Shown here in pieces: positions 1 through 12,719 of a DNA stretch of 64,000 bases. The first letter of the stretch is position 1. Each line of letters starts with the position of its first letter. The notes beneath the pieces are model-generated. The model did not search any database. It saw nothing but the letters and a program-made list of their open reading frames with translations, and was not told the DNA's origin. Location of the stretch: NCBI RefSeq assembly GCF_000315625.1, contig NW_005434636.1:207298-271297 (forward strand). The letters are read 5' to 3'. Source of the stretch: Guillardia theta CCMP2712. Lineage: Eukaryota > Protista > Cryptophyta. The translations under genes and the position numbers were made by a program.

Positions 1-585
1 AGAAAATAAGATGTGCAGGTGAGAAGAACAGAGCAGTGCATTCAAGGAGAGAGGGAGAGAGGGAGGGAGGGAGGGAGGGAGGGAGGGAGGGAGGGAGGGA
101 GAGAGGGAGGGAGGGATGGAGGGATGGATGGATGGAAGGAGGGAGGGAGAAAGGTTGTCGGCAATCAGCTTAACTCCATGAGTAAAATTCTCACTCACGG
201 AACTGATATTTTGCCACCAGACCAGACAGCAGGAGAGCAAGCAACACAACAAGATTGCCGGTTGCTCCTCTCCTCCTCTCCTCTGATCAATCTTTGCAAC
301 TTTGTAGGACACGCACAGAATTTCAAGATGCGCGGCCTGTTCAAGATGCAAGCTCTCTGGGACACAACAAAGAACAGAAACATGGTCTCTCCCCCTCTCT
401 TTCTCTCTCCTCCTTGATCTTCTTGTGGGTCATGCGAGGGGACGCAGGGCTTCACCTTTGCCTGAGCCTTCTGCATCATCTTCTTCGCCTGCTTCTCTGC
501 CTCCTCCTGTTGGTCGACAGCACAAGTCAGCGATTCCTACAGCTCCCCCCCTACCCTTTCTCCTCCTCCTCCTCCTCCACCACCA

Positions 586-636
<51 letters not shown>

Positions 637-696
637 CCTGCTCCTCCTGTTTCCTCTCCCCGTCCTCGTCCTCGTTCTCGTCCTCCTTCTTTCTCT

Positions 697-736
<40 letters not shown>

Positions 737-1574
737 TTCCTTTCCCTCCTCTCTCCCCTTCCTCCTCCCGTCCCCTCCTCCTCTCTCATTATCTATTGTT
801 CTCGTCCTCAATTTCGTCCTTCCCCTCCTTCTCACCCCTTCCCCTTCCCCTGCTCTCTAACCCTCCTCCTCCTCCTTCGTCACCTGCATCGTTCCAGACT
901 CCATCACCGACACGCATCCGATCATCTGCACTCACGGCCATGGGAAACGATCACAGGGGAGCGCAGCAAACCTCTCCCTCTTCTGTCTCGACTTTCCCGA
1001 AGAACAGCTGATCCGCCCTGTACCTCATCTTGCTGACCTGGACAGACAGGACACTTGTTCACACAGACAAAGTCTTGTTCACACAGACAAAGTCTTGTTC
1101 ACACAGATGAAGACTATACAAGACAGCACATGGTTTCTTCACCTTGCAGTCCACCATAGGGTCCGAGAAGCCGTCGACGTGTCCGGACGACTTCCTACCA
1201 AACATGGTTGAGGATAAACACTTCAATGTAAGTCGAATGGTCCACCAGATGGAAGGAGAGGCGATGATAGAGCTGTCAAGACCCACCATGTCGTCCCTTC
1301 GATGAACCATGTCCCCTTCGAGGAAGAAAGTCAAACGCTGACGTGATATCGCCGCAGGTATGTCGTCGTCGTCGTCGTCGTCGTCATCATCATCATCATC
1401 AACAACAACAACAACAGCATCAACGTCCTCCTCTTCCTCCTCATTATCATCATATCATCATCAACAACATTGTCATCAACTCACTCCACCACGTCTTCTT
1501 GATGTTCTGCTTCAGCTCCACACCCAAAGGACCATAGTCGTAAAACCCGTTGAAACCTGCACCAATGTCAACCT

Positions 1575-1618
<44 letters not shown>

Positions 1619-2324
1619 CTCTCTTCATTTCTTGGCACATTCATTATCTCACCATTGTAAATCTCGGAAGATTGGAAGATAAACCCACGGCGTTTGCAAA
1701 CAGAGACAACATCTTCCATGTTGAACTTGAAGTCAGGGTTGGCAACAACCTGAATATCACCGTTACTCTCCCCGACTTGTAACTCCTCTCTTACCTCCGT
1801 CTTCGACTCGCTCTCGGAGTCTGTCGCCACCATACGCGCTTGCCTGCATTGATCTCTCAGCATCGACACGTGAGCAAGAGTCGCAACCCGCAGGGTCGTT
1901 TGAGCATGGCTGATCTGAGGGCCAGAGGAGTGAAGCTGGAGGAGGAGCTCCTGCAAGTCATCTCAAACTTCCATGACACGTACCCTTCTCCTGCCACCTT
2001 CGCATCGGCGCCAAGGAGGGGGCGAAGGCGAGCCTTGCATTGCGCTTGGCTCCTGCCTCCCGTGTCAGTAGTAAGGAGGTGCATGGATGGGAGAAGGGAG
2101 GAAAGGAAGAGAAATGGCGAGAGAGAGGAGCGGCAGCGAGATGCCGGAGAGACAGGAGAGACTGAGCTGCAGCAACCACAAGGAAGACAGTTGGAGGGGA
2201 GAGAGGAAGGAGCGCAGGATGAGAATTCACCGGCAGCAATCATAGGAAGGAACGAGCTCATGACAGTCATGAGTGCCAACCGATGAATCTGATAAGAGTC
2301 AATCGTCCGCATAGCTTGCTTCAT
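1..2324 (-). CDS. glyQS: Glycyl-tRNA synthetase, homodimeric alpha2 (Thermus/bacterial-like) type, multi-exon, 5' part only (runs off left edge); N-terminal organelle-targeting extension
   Basis: Spliced exons give [94 protein letters not shown], all typical GlyRS N-terminal motifs. ATG at 2324 starts a hydrophobic leader followed by a Ser/Arg-rich segment containing LAFAP. Confidence 0.92.
1055..1107. repeat. Intronic 20-bp tandem repeat, about 2.6 copies
   Basis: ttgttcacacagacaaagtc repeated directly. Confidence 0.85.
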
Positions 2325-2910
2325 GGTTCCTCCTTCTTACTGTATCTCTTGCTATCAATTATCCTCATTCTTTCGTGCATGTGCATGATCCTCTTCTCTT
2401 CATTCTTCTCGCTCCTCTGATCTTGCTTTTCTTGCACCCCTTACCTTCTTCCCACAATCACATCTCCTCCCCTGACCTTCATCAATCGCTACTCTCGCTT
2501 TGTATTCTCCTCCTCCTGTTCTTGCTGTCCTGTCCTGTCCTGTCCTGTCCTGTCCTGTCCTGTCCTGTCCTGTCCTGTCCTCTCTTCTCCCTCCCTCTCC
2601 TCCCTCAGTTTCGACTCACCGCCATCGGAGGCCGCGCGTCTTTAGAAGGTCAGTGGGGGGATGAGGATATGGATAGATGGACAATGAGGGGATGTGGTCC
2701 TGAATAGATCAGTCGATCTTAGCGGGGATGTGGGCTCGACTTGATGTTCAGATCTGACCATGGGGTGGTCGATATGGTCGATATCATACTTAAGTACCGG
2801 TACTTTGAAAGGTAAAAAGTAGGGTGAATATGGGGAATTTTCTGATTTAGGGGGTCGGGGTGGGGCGTTGCGTTGCGCTGTCATGGCCGGAGCGTTGCGA
2901 TTGGATAACG

Positions 2911-3062
2911 GGGAGGAGAGGAGAGGAGAGAAGAGAGGAGAGGAGAGAAGAGAGGAGAGAAGAGGAGAGAGGAGAGAAGAGGAGAGAGGAGAGAAGAGGA
3001 GAGAGGAGAGAAGAGGAGAGAGGAGAGAGGAGGAGAGAGGAGAGAAGAGGAGAGAGGAGAGA
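2911..3062. repeat. GA-rich (GAGAG/AGGAG) microsatellite between divergent genes
   Basis: Pure purine tract seen directly. Confidence 0.9.
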
Positions 3063-3263
3063 CGGGTGCAGAGGAAGAGAGAAGAGAGGAAGAGGTGAAA
3101 AGGCGAAGGAGAAGGATGCATTGAGAAGTCAGAACAGAGTTATAACACAAGGCTCATTTCATTCATTACTCCCTCTGTTCGAAAAGCTTGTGTCAACCCC
3201 TACTGATTCGTTCTCAGGACCAGCCCTCGAAGAGGTCCAGGCGTCGCTCTCGTCTTCTCAAGA

Positions 3264-5315
3264 ATGAAACCAGATATGGACGATGTCCCGCTTGTAGCTT
3301 CAGAGGGAGTTGGATCAGGAGGTGTCGGGCATTATTGTTCAGGTGTAGTCTTTTTCAGGACCTTGTCCCTGTTCTAAGTATTCTTTTTGCTACCCTAGGA
3401 AAGGTCAACGTCTTTCGACTCCCCCCACCCATACCTGGCAAGGAAGGTGGGGGATACCCATCAGAGTGGCATCACGCCCAGATTGTGATACGGAGAAATT
3501 ACATGATTCACAAGCTTCGAAATGCCGGGAAGAAGATTCCAGAAGCACAAGACCCAAAAGCTGAGAGCGATCCTGAAGCGCAAAAAGCGAAGATGCGCAA
3601 ACGAGATCTGATCAAGAAGTATGCTGATTCTGGTCTCAACTTCATCAAGGGCGTGGCGGACAAGGTTTCTCATAACGAAACTCTGCAGAAGACTGCAGGG
3701 AGGGTAGGGCATGCCGTGTCTGAAGCGCATGCCTACACGGGAAAGCTTGTCCATGGTCTTGCACACAAGAAGCATGACAAGTCGGGAGAAACAGCAGAAG
3801 ATGTTCAAGGGGAGGAGGCCAATCGCTACCCAGGTTGGATGATGGAGCGTATCAAGACAGCGTCCATTGGCGTCGGCTTCTTTCTCAAGAGGTCCCCGCC
3901 CCCTCTTGTTCTCCTCACATGCTTTTGTTGCCACCCGATCCAAATCCTGCCAAACTTCTTCGCTTCCATCGGAGCTCCTCTGACTTTCTTGTGTCAGGAG
4001 AGAGCATGGGGCTCTTTCCTCCGAAACCCCCTTCCAGCTTGCCTGTAAGCAAGAGCGGGTGCAGATCATCGAGATCGCTGCTCGTGACCAGCTGAAGACC
4101 ACTCATGTGGTGCAGGTTGTTCAATCCTTCATGCTCCCTGTCTTGTTAATACCTGCCTTCAGAACGGGGATGTGTTGAAGTGGATTTTTGCGGCGAAAGC
4201 CCATGATGTTGCGTTTCAAGTCAAGATAAGGAAGATGATGGAAGTAGGAGGAGCCAATGAGGAGGTGCTTGTCCCAACAACCAGGGTATGCAACATTTTG
4301 AGACGAGATGGAAGGTTGAGCACTTCTGTTGCAGGTCGACAGTAAGAGTATTGCAGAGGGAACGTACGAGGTGACTGAAGCAGGTCAAGTGGTGGTCGTG
4401 TTGGACAATTCGTACAGGTAAGATACATTTGGATGTAAAGTGCAACTTCTGTCTTACTTGCCCACCTCCAGTCTGCTTACTTCCAAGACTATCGCCTACA
4501 GGACTTGGGTGGAAAAGGCTGCGGAGGTAGAGGGCGGAGCTGCAAAATCTTCTGCATCCGAATCTATCCAGCAGGATGATGGAATCGTTGAATTATCTCC
4601 AACTGCAACCGAGGAGGGAAAACCCGCCGCAGATGCTGCGCAAGAGAACTCTGAGAAGGCAGGGGCAGCAAAGCAAGCCGAGGAGGAAGCAGCGGCGAAG
4701 AAGGCCGAGGAGGAGGAGGCCGCGGCGGCGGCGGCGAAGAAGGCCGAGGAGGAGGAGGCAGCAGCGGCGGCGAAGAAGGCCGAGGAGGAGGCAGCAGCAG
4801 CGGCGGCGAAGAAGGCCGAGGAGGAGGCAGCAGCGGCTGCGGCGAAGAAGGCCGAGGAGGAGGCAGCAGCAGCGGCAGCGAAGAAGGCCGAGGAGGAGGC
4901 AGCAGCAGCGGCGGCGAAGAAGGCCGAGGAGGAGGCGGCGGCAGCGAAGAAGGCCGAGGAGGAGGCAGCAGCGGCGGCGAAGAAGGCCGAGGAGGAGGCA
5001 GCAGCAGCGGCGGCGAAGAAGGCCGAGGAGGAGGCGGCGGCAGCGAAGAAGGCCGAGGAGGAGGCAGCAGCGGCGGCGAAGAAGGCCGAGGAGGAGGCAG
5101 CAGCAGCGGCGGCGAAGAAGGCCGAGGAGGAGGCGGCGGCAGCGAAGAAGGCCGAGGAGGCCGCGGCGGCAGCGAAGAAGGCCGAGGAGGAGGCAGCAGC
5201 AGCGGCGGCGAAGAAGGCCGAGGAGGAGGCAGCGGCAGCGAAGAAGGCCGAGGAGGAGGCAGCGGCAGCGAAGAAGGCTGAGGAGGAGGCAGCAACAGAG
5301 GAGGCGGACTCGTAA
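3264..5315 (+). CDS. GOLD-domain protein with IQ-like N-terminal motif and C-terminal (A)nKKAEEE repeat, multi-exon
   Basis: Exons give VQIIEIAARD...SHDVAFQVKI...EEVLVPTTR...IAEGTYEVTEAGQVVVVLDNSYS-LLTSKTIAY, matching the GOLD C-terminal signature (FDNSYS..xK.+.Y). HAQIVIRRNYMIHKLR resembles an IQ motif. Start at 3264 is inferred. Confidence 0.75.
4678..5300 (+). repeat. Coding minisatellite, about 19 units of 27-36 bp encoding (A)3-6KKAEEE
   Basis: gcggcgaagaaggccgaggaggaggcagca units within ORF 4440..5315. Confidence 0.95.
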
Positions 5316-5673
5316 GGAGGTGAGTGAATTGGACGGGGAGGATCTCTTGGTAAGTGAGGAGGAAAAAGATCATCCTCTTTCCGCTGCTTCTATTTTTGAT
5401 CGTTTGATTTCAGGGAGTTTTTATGGAAATTTCAATTTTGCTTGCATAAATATGCGACATGGGAGGATTCCTCATACATGTACCGGATTTCATCTTTAAC
5501 CGCCAACATTTGCTAGTCAGTGGTAGGAAAATATTTCAGTGAACCCGCGATTCTACTCTCCCTCAACCCTTTCCACCACCTTGCTCCCTCTTTCCGACCA
5601 TCCCTGTCTTCTCCTCCTCCTCCCGTCCTCCTCCTCCTCCCGTCCTCCTCCTCCTCCCTTCCTCCTCCCCCCC

Positions 5674-6835
5674 TCATTTACTCTCGGGAACACGGAACTC
5701 TGAGACCCACAGGATGGGATCTGACACAGTGACTTCCACCTCCTCCTCAACGATGCGGTTGGACGTGCTCACAAACGATCCTGCAAGTTCGTCATGTCAA
5801 GGATCCACATCGAAACCAGCAGCACCGATCTGAAGTTGACTTTCCCCGTGGATGTCCCACTTCAGCCCGGTCGTCTCGATCTTGCTGGAGCGGGAAAGTC
5901 ACTCCAGCGGCATCGCGCACGTTCATCTACCGGCATGGCGCGCCCAAGGGGATGAGGCCGCAAGTTGGTCCGAGGCATTCCGTTCGGATCTTGTGCGATC
6001 CGGATCGTAGCAGGAAAGCGCTTCGACTGCGAGGAGATCAGAGGAGCAGATCGTTATGAGGAGGGAGGAGGCAAGTTCGACTCACTTTCTCGAGAGGAGC
6101 AGGATCTTGATGTCAGGATACCTCGTGACTTGTCAGATGATAGCGGGGAGAAGGCACAACTTACTTGTACAGGACATGGTAGTGAGAAAATTCGTGGTCC
6201 AGTCGTCCACCGAAGGCTCCAAGGACTATGACCTGGAAGGACGGGGGAAAGGAGATGAGGAAAGAAAGAGTCGAAGGGAGCAGGGAGGGCACTCACTTGC
6301 AGCATAGGATACCCAAGGGAGTTGACGAGGTCCATGCACTTCTCGAGGTCTGTGGTGTCTTGATCCGTATCGTGCACGATCTTGGTTCCTTTCTCAACGT
6401 AGTAGTCTTTCACCTTGTCGTCCACAGAGTCCAAATCCCTGCTCAGCAAAATCTTCCCGTTCAGAGCATGCTCGACCATGCAGCGAGTGCAAACAAGAAG
6501 CATCACCCTCTGATGTACTCAGGTATGTACTTGCTCCTGTCTTCCTCAAGATCGAAGGACGAGTAGAGCCTGTTGATTGCACCGTCGGCGCAAACACGAA
6601 CCGACGCGTTGGACCACAGCCGCTCGAGAATCTCCCGTGGCAGTTTGTAGTTGACGAGGATGAGCGCCGGGCCGTTGGGGTCGCTCGTCGGCTGATCCGC
6701 AGGCTTCACCAGGGGGAGGAAGTCATGTAGTAAGCTCTCGCCGTGCCCTCCCCGCATGTGCCTGACGCCCTCCTGGAGCTGACCCAGAGCGGGGGCTGAT
6801 GATGAGGACGAGGCATGCGATGGAGCTCCGCTCAT
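5674..6835 (-). CDS. TPK1: Thiamine pyrophosphokinase, multi-exon
   Basis: ILVNYKLP...VCADGAINRLY...PEYIRG-DLDSV...DTDQDTTDLEKC...TCGLIPLG...ETTGLKWDI...FVSTSNRI...VTVSDPILW are TPK signatures. Start could lie further upstream. Confidence 0.93.
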
Positions 6836-7736
6836 GGTCAACACTATGGATGTGAATAGGAGAGCTTGCATATACGGAAATCGAACATAAACCAAGAAAC
6901 GTTGCTGTGTTATACTGCCCGATGCAACCAAAGTTTGTGGAACAACCAACCTGCCTCGGCAAGCTCGATCCTTTCAATATCTGCCCCTGCAAGATAAGAA
7001 ACACTTGAGCAAGCAGCAGAACAGAGCAAGATGGCAGGATAGCAAATCCGACTTTGATCACGACCCTCTCGTCCTCTAACAACCCCTCAACCTTCACCGC
7101 GACTCGCATCATCCCTCTCTTTCGCTGTTAGAAATTTCTACGTTTCTACAAGTTTGCATGAGAGCAATCAACCCTGTCTGTGCTCACAGAGTAAACTGAG
7201 GAAGCAACTGTATTTGTCAGCTGCTGCTCCGCTTTACGACTGTAGTCTCTGCCTCCTTTCCTCCATCGCGCTCTTGCCCTCTTCCTTGTAACATCATCGT
7301 GCCGTCTACAGGAGCATTCATTGCGATATCCTCTCCTCCGTCTCCACTGCTTACCCAGCTCTCTGCCTCATCCTCCACTTCCTCTTCCTCGTCCTCGGGG
7401 TCTTTGTCTACCATCGACTTGGCTATGGCTGCAGGCCGAAAACAAACATTGGGGCAGCAGATACCAACTAGTCGCTGCATAGCCGAGAGAATCCTCAATC
7501 TGAGGGCAGAAGGTAGTACTGGATCCCTAGATACAATAGTTTACTCATCAAAGATTGAGTTCTGTACTTTGTACCTGTTTCACGATATATATTTATAATT
7601 CATTGGCTTTGTGGTACTAATTTGGGGCATAACTGAAACATTTGTACGTCCGAAACAAGTAAGCAAAGCCAATCGTAACGGTTTCCCGCATTTTCCGTTT
7701 CTCGTGTAACTGGAAAAATAACGGTTCCTCGTCGGC

Positions 7737-10700
7737 ATGCAACCCACACCTGTCAGGGGCGAGCATGCCGGGCGCGAGGAGGGGGAGGAGGAGGAGAGCA
7801 GAGGTTCCATCCTTCCCGCCTCCTCCTCCAACGGACTCAAAGCTGCATCGCAAGACCCGTCAAGATCCGTGCACGAGGACGTCCACATGTTACACTTCGT
7901 CAGTCCTGTAAGACCCGCCGATGGCTTGCCGCTCGTCTGATGTGGGTTTCATGGACAGGGGGCTGGGAGCACGCTGATGCCTAGCAGTCACACCCACAAT
8001 CAGCCGAGTGATGGCCCTGAAGCTCTGAACTCATGCCTTCCTCGAGGTGATTGGAAACTGATGTGACTGTCACGATTTCACTGGATTTTAACTTTTCGCT
8101 CTCTCCCTCTCTCCCCTTTCCTTTAGGTAATGCTGGCAAGACTGAACGCCAAATGTATCCAGTCCCTATCGACTTGACGGACGAGTCTGATACAATACTT
8201 CTGCCCGTCGACGAACCCCCGCACGCACCACAACCCTCACTGGGATCGAATCGAGCGGATATATCAATCAGAGAGGAGGTGACACCACAAAGACTCTCAC
8301 AGACAGCATACACACCAACCAACGCCACAGCTCGTGTTTCTCCGCAAGATTCTTCACAATCGTCCAAGCATACGGACTTCCCGACTCCTTCCTACTCCAG
8401 TGCTTCAGGCGCTCATGCTGTCTCTGCTGCCTTAGCCAGTCCAACCAAACAAGCTCCTACGACCGGCAGCACAACAGCGACAGCTCCCCATCCTCCAGCC
8501 GCTGCTCAATCACAAACCGGCGGGCCCACGATCTCACACCCAGTGACTGCGATACCAGCAGGATCAAGCCAAGTTGAGCACAAGATCCCCTCGTCGTCTG
8601 TCCCTGCACAAGTCAAGAAAGAGCCCACAAACGCGAATGCGAACTCCCCTGTCCTCTCAGCTCCCGCTCAGTACATTTCGCATGGTATGGCCCAAACTCC
8701 ATCGCCGTATGGCTCATCGGACAGGAGCGCGATCTTTCATGCCCCTCCCCGTCAAGTTGTATCAAACACTGCCATGCAACAAGTGGCCCCGCGAGCATCG
8801 AATCCTCCTATCTACAATGTAAGTCCCTGGCTGTATTGTCTACCCTCTTGTCTCCCGGGCTGAATCAAATTGAAGTCTCAGCATCCTTTATCTTTCATGC
8901 TCGTCAGTGACACTTCTTGCTATCCCCTCGCAGCTTCCAATGCCATATCAGTATTCCTTTCCTGGCTCTGCTCATACGGTGCGAAACATCCTAGCTCCTC
9001 CTGAGAACCTGACCTTGCCACAGAACAACTACGTGTTCCCAACCATGCAATCAGCGAGCACACCACCAGCTGTCAAGTCAGAGCAGGTGGATATGACGCA
9101 ATGTTATTGTTAGTTCATGACATGCTGTGAAAGGCAAAGGTGGTGGATATGCCCATTGCCCATCCTGTGAATTGGATGAAAGAGAAACAACTGTGGTTTT
9201 CCAGTGACATGAAACCCGCCCAGCTCTTGCAAAACAAGCTCACGATTCTTAAACATCAGCAACAGATGTTGTCGAGACAGTTTGGTGCGTTGAAGGCCAA
9301 CATTCAAAAGTTCAGAGAGCAGGTGGGACGATGCCCGCTGAGCGGGAGGAGTGACGGGTTTCAAACCGAGATGGATAAAGTACTGGGACAGAAAGATGAC
9401 AAGCGCAAGAATGATCTCATCAGTCTCTTCAACCTCATGAACGATGACATGAAAGGTTTCATTTCCTTGATGTCTTCAGCCGAGAACCTGCAGGACAGAC
9501 TCTGTGTGATGTCCATCTTAGATGCTGACCTTGACTGCTTGTCAAACATGAACAAGGACAAGAAGTGGCTGAGTGTGTTCATCGACAACGACGGGCTAGT
9601 CCCCCTTGCCAAGTGGGTGGAAGGAGACGTCGACGACAATCTCTTGACTAAGATCCTGGACGTGATGCTGCAAGTCAGCATGGAGGGAAAATCAGCCGCT
9701 CTCCTGTCACGATCCAAGTTCTTTGTCAACCTGAACATCCCCAAGGACAAGCCTGAGCTGCGATCAAAGAAAAACGTGCTGAAGCACAAGTGGAAAGGAG
9801 AGCTGCCGGATCTGTCCAACGCCAAGAAGGAGGATGCGCCCGAGGTGAAGAAGAAGGAGAAGGAGAGACCCAAGGAAGTCAAGACTGAAGTGAAGGGATC
9901 GAGCGTTAAGGCTGAGAAGCCGTTGTCGCCCAAGACGACGAGCGCGTCGCAATCGAAGAACAAGGACGAGGACCTGTTCAAGGGGATGTTCGGCAGCAAG
10001 AACAAGAAGGCTGCGCCCAGTGTGCCTGCCCCGAGCACGATGCGAATGACGATGTCTGAGAGGACTGCCGTCATGGACGACGAGATGGTGATATCGGACT
10101 CTCGAGGTCAGAGCTCGAGCTTGATTGACAAGCTTCGGAGCAAGGACGGCGACCCTGCTGTGCAGAAGGAGGAGGACAAGGACAAGGATGGACAACCCCG
10201 CAAGAGGCCCAACGATCCCCTTCCCCTTCCTCTTCCTGTGCTGGAAAGCTCGAAGAGTACGGGGGAGGAAGAGCCGCAGAAGAAGAAGAGAAGAGTGCGT
10301 CATCTCATCTTAGCTCTCCTCGCCCTTATCTCCCCTTTGCAGATCTCCTGGGCACCCGACGACAAACTCTGCGAAGTGCAGATGTGCGTTATTGGAGGAG
10401 GAGGAGGAGGAGGAGGAGGAGGAGGAGGAGGAGGAGGAGGAGGAGGAGGAGGAGGAGGAGGAGGAGGAGGAGGAGGAGGAGGATTGTGCGCTGCTGCGTT
10501 GATTCTCCTATCCCCTTATCTTCCGGCCTCTGAGAACCTTCCCGTAGTCCCTCTCTTTTTCTTCNNNNNNNNNNNNNNNNNNNNNNNNNNNNNNNNNNNN
10601 NNNNNNNNNNNNNNNNNNNNNNNNNNNNNNNNNNNNNNNNNNNNNNNNNNNNNNNNNNNNNNNNNNNNNNNNNNNNNNNNNNNNNNNNNNNNNNNNNNNN

Positions 10701-12323
10701 NNNNNNNNNNNNNNNNNNNNNNNNNNNNNNNNNNNNNNNNNNNNNNNNNNNNNNNNNNNNNNNNNNNNNNNNNNNNNNNNNNNNNNNNNNNNNNNNNNNN
10801 NNNNNNNNNNNNNNNNNNNNNNNNNNNNNNNNNNNNNNNNNNNNGTTGCCACGATAGAGGTATCGCTCTCACACAGAGGGGAGAGTCCGACGGACTTTGT
10901 GGTCATTCCCGCAGTACGCGAGGGGGAGAAGAAGGTCGGTATAGCAGCTCCCATTTTGTCTCACTAGCGTGGTTCTAATCAGAATGCCTCCTCCCTCCCT
11001 CCTCCTCCCTCCCTACCCGCCGCCCCCCCCCCCCCCCCCTTCCTCCTGCCTGCTGGCATGCTGGGTGAGAGTCAACATGACACATTTGTAGGTTCCGCCG
11101 AGAGTTTATGACTCGCTCGACAAGATTCCTGATGACCCGACGGATCTTGACCCTTCCATGCTCCTCAAAGTTGTTGGGCCTGCGGTACTCCTCCTCCTCC
11201 CTTCTCCTCCTCTTCTTCCTCCCTTCTCCTCCTCTTCTTCGAAAGAACAAGTCCTCTTCCTCCTCCTCTTCCCTTGTCCTGCTGCTCCTCCTCATCATCC
11301 TACTGCTCCCGCTAGGCTCCTTTTTGCGGTTTCTCCTTCTCTTCCCTTCCAGCCTCTGCACCCATTCATTTTTCCTCGTCCTCGCGCTTTGATCCTATCC
11401 TATCTGCTTCCCTCCTCTGACTTGTTCGCCCTCAGCACGAGCCTCCTGCTATCCCCTGGCAGCAGTTTCTTCTTCCTGAGCCCGAAGCTCCTCCTGCTCC
11501 ATCCGATCCTGTAGCTCACAATGGAGGAGGGATGCTTTCAGCGATGCCTCCAGCCCAGGTGAGAGGAGGGAGGAGGAGGGGAGGGGAGGGGAGGGAGGGG
11601 AGGGAAACAATTACAGGCCATGGAGAAAAGAAGGAGGGAGGGGCAGGAGGAGGAGGAGGAGGAGGGCAGGGCAGGGCTGGAAGTTGGGGGCGGAGGGTTG
11701 GGCAAGAGAAAGCAAGAGATGATTTGGAGATGATTTTTCTGTGTGACGAGTTCTTTCAGGGATACCAGAGCAACCATGACAGTATCTCTTCCTCGCTCCC
11801 TCTCCCTCTCTCTGCTGACTCTCCCTCAGTATTCCACGAAGTCAACGCCCTCCTCCACCAAGTTGAGGGCCCGTCGGGCACCTGGTCGGAGACGAACCGA
11901 ATGCCTGCCCAACCCATGGTAAAGACATAATGTGGCGATGGTGATGGTGATGGTGATGGTGATGGTGATGGTGATGGTGGGAGGAGGAGGAGAGGTGAAC
12001 ATGATAAAGGTTAGAGATGTTGATGGAAATGATGTTCATGATGATTATTATGGGAAAGATGATGCCGGTGCTGGCGCTGGTACTGATACTGATGATACTG
12101 GCAGGCCTACCCGCCCATGGGACAGGAGCAAATGTACAACATGCACGGGGGTCAGATGGGATGGAGGGGGTCAGGAGACCCGCATGGACCCCACTCGTAT
12201 CCTCATGACAGGATGACCCAAGGACAGTGGAATTCCAACGGGTGGAGAGACTGGAGAGGAGGAGGACGGGGAGGGCGAGGGGGAGGAGGACGGGAAGGGG
12301 GACATTGGCAGCCCAGATATTAG
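7737..12323 (+). CDS. PNUTS/PPP1R10-like protein (TFIIS-N domain, PP1-binding RVxW-type motif, RGG tail), multi-exon, interrupted by an assembly gap
   Basis: TFIIS-N-like WLSVFIDNDGLVPLAKWV...LLTKILDVML; removing the 48-nt intron 10295..10342 gives KKKRRISWAPDDKLCEVQ; VYDSLDKIPDDPTDLD near 11100; C-terminal WRGGGRGGRGGGG. Confidence 0.7.
10394..10483. repeat. (GGA)n intronic microsatellite
   Basis: About 30 GGA units just after a GT donor. Confidence 0.9.
10565..10843. other. Assembly gap
   Basis: Run of N. Confidence 0.99.
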
Positions 12324-12719
12324 TGGATGGGGAAGGAGTGACTGAGGAGATGAACGGCGTCTGCTAGGAAAAGGAAGGGAAAGGGAAAAGAGGTGGAGAA
12401 TGAGGAGAGGAGGAGGAAGAAGATTGGGGGATAGAGAAGCGGTGGCGATGGCAAAGCAGCAGCATTGCAATTGTACAGATTGTATTTAATGTTTGGTTGG
12501 GATGGTATTGAAGTATTCTTTCAGCAAGTGCTGAGATCAAAACTTTACCATCAAGCAGGAGATTTTAGCCACAGTCATCCAGTGACTATGAGATGAAACG
12601 GGGAGTGACAAAGGAAGTCATGTAGAGGTGTGCTATGTCAGATCACATCGCAACCCAAACACAATCTGCATGTGTCTCGAGCTCAAGTTTGATCATCATC
12701 TCCAAAACTTCCCGACACT

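Noticed and set aside
255-1036. Poly-Leu/Ser/Cys/Arg ORFs here and at many similar loci (e.g. 13017..14086, 25708..26201, 45298..45726, 50306..51472)
   Set aside because: Translations of intronic microsatellites or antisense frames of real genes
4564-5499. Pro-rich (minus) and Arg-rich (plus) ORFs overlapping the AKE repeat
   Set aside because: Alternative frames of the same stop-free minisatellite
6960-7500. Separate small gene or extra TPK1 5' exons (ORFs 7217..7498 and 6723..7112)
   Set aside because: Coding-like but no recognisable motif, and I could not build a consistent splice model
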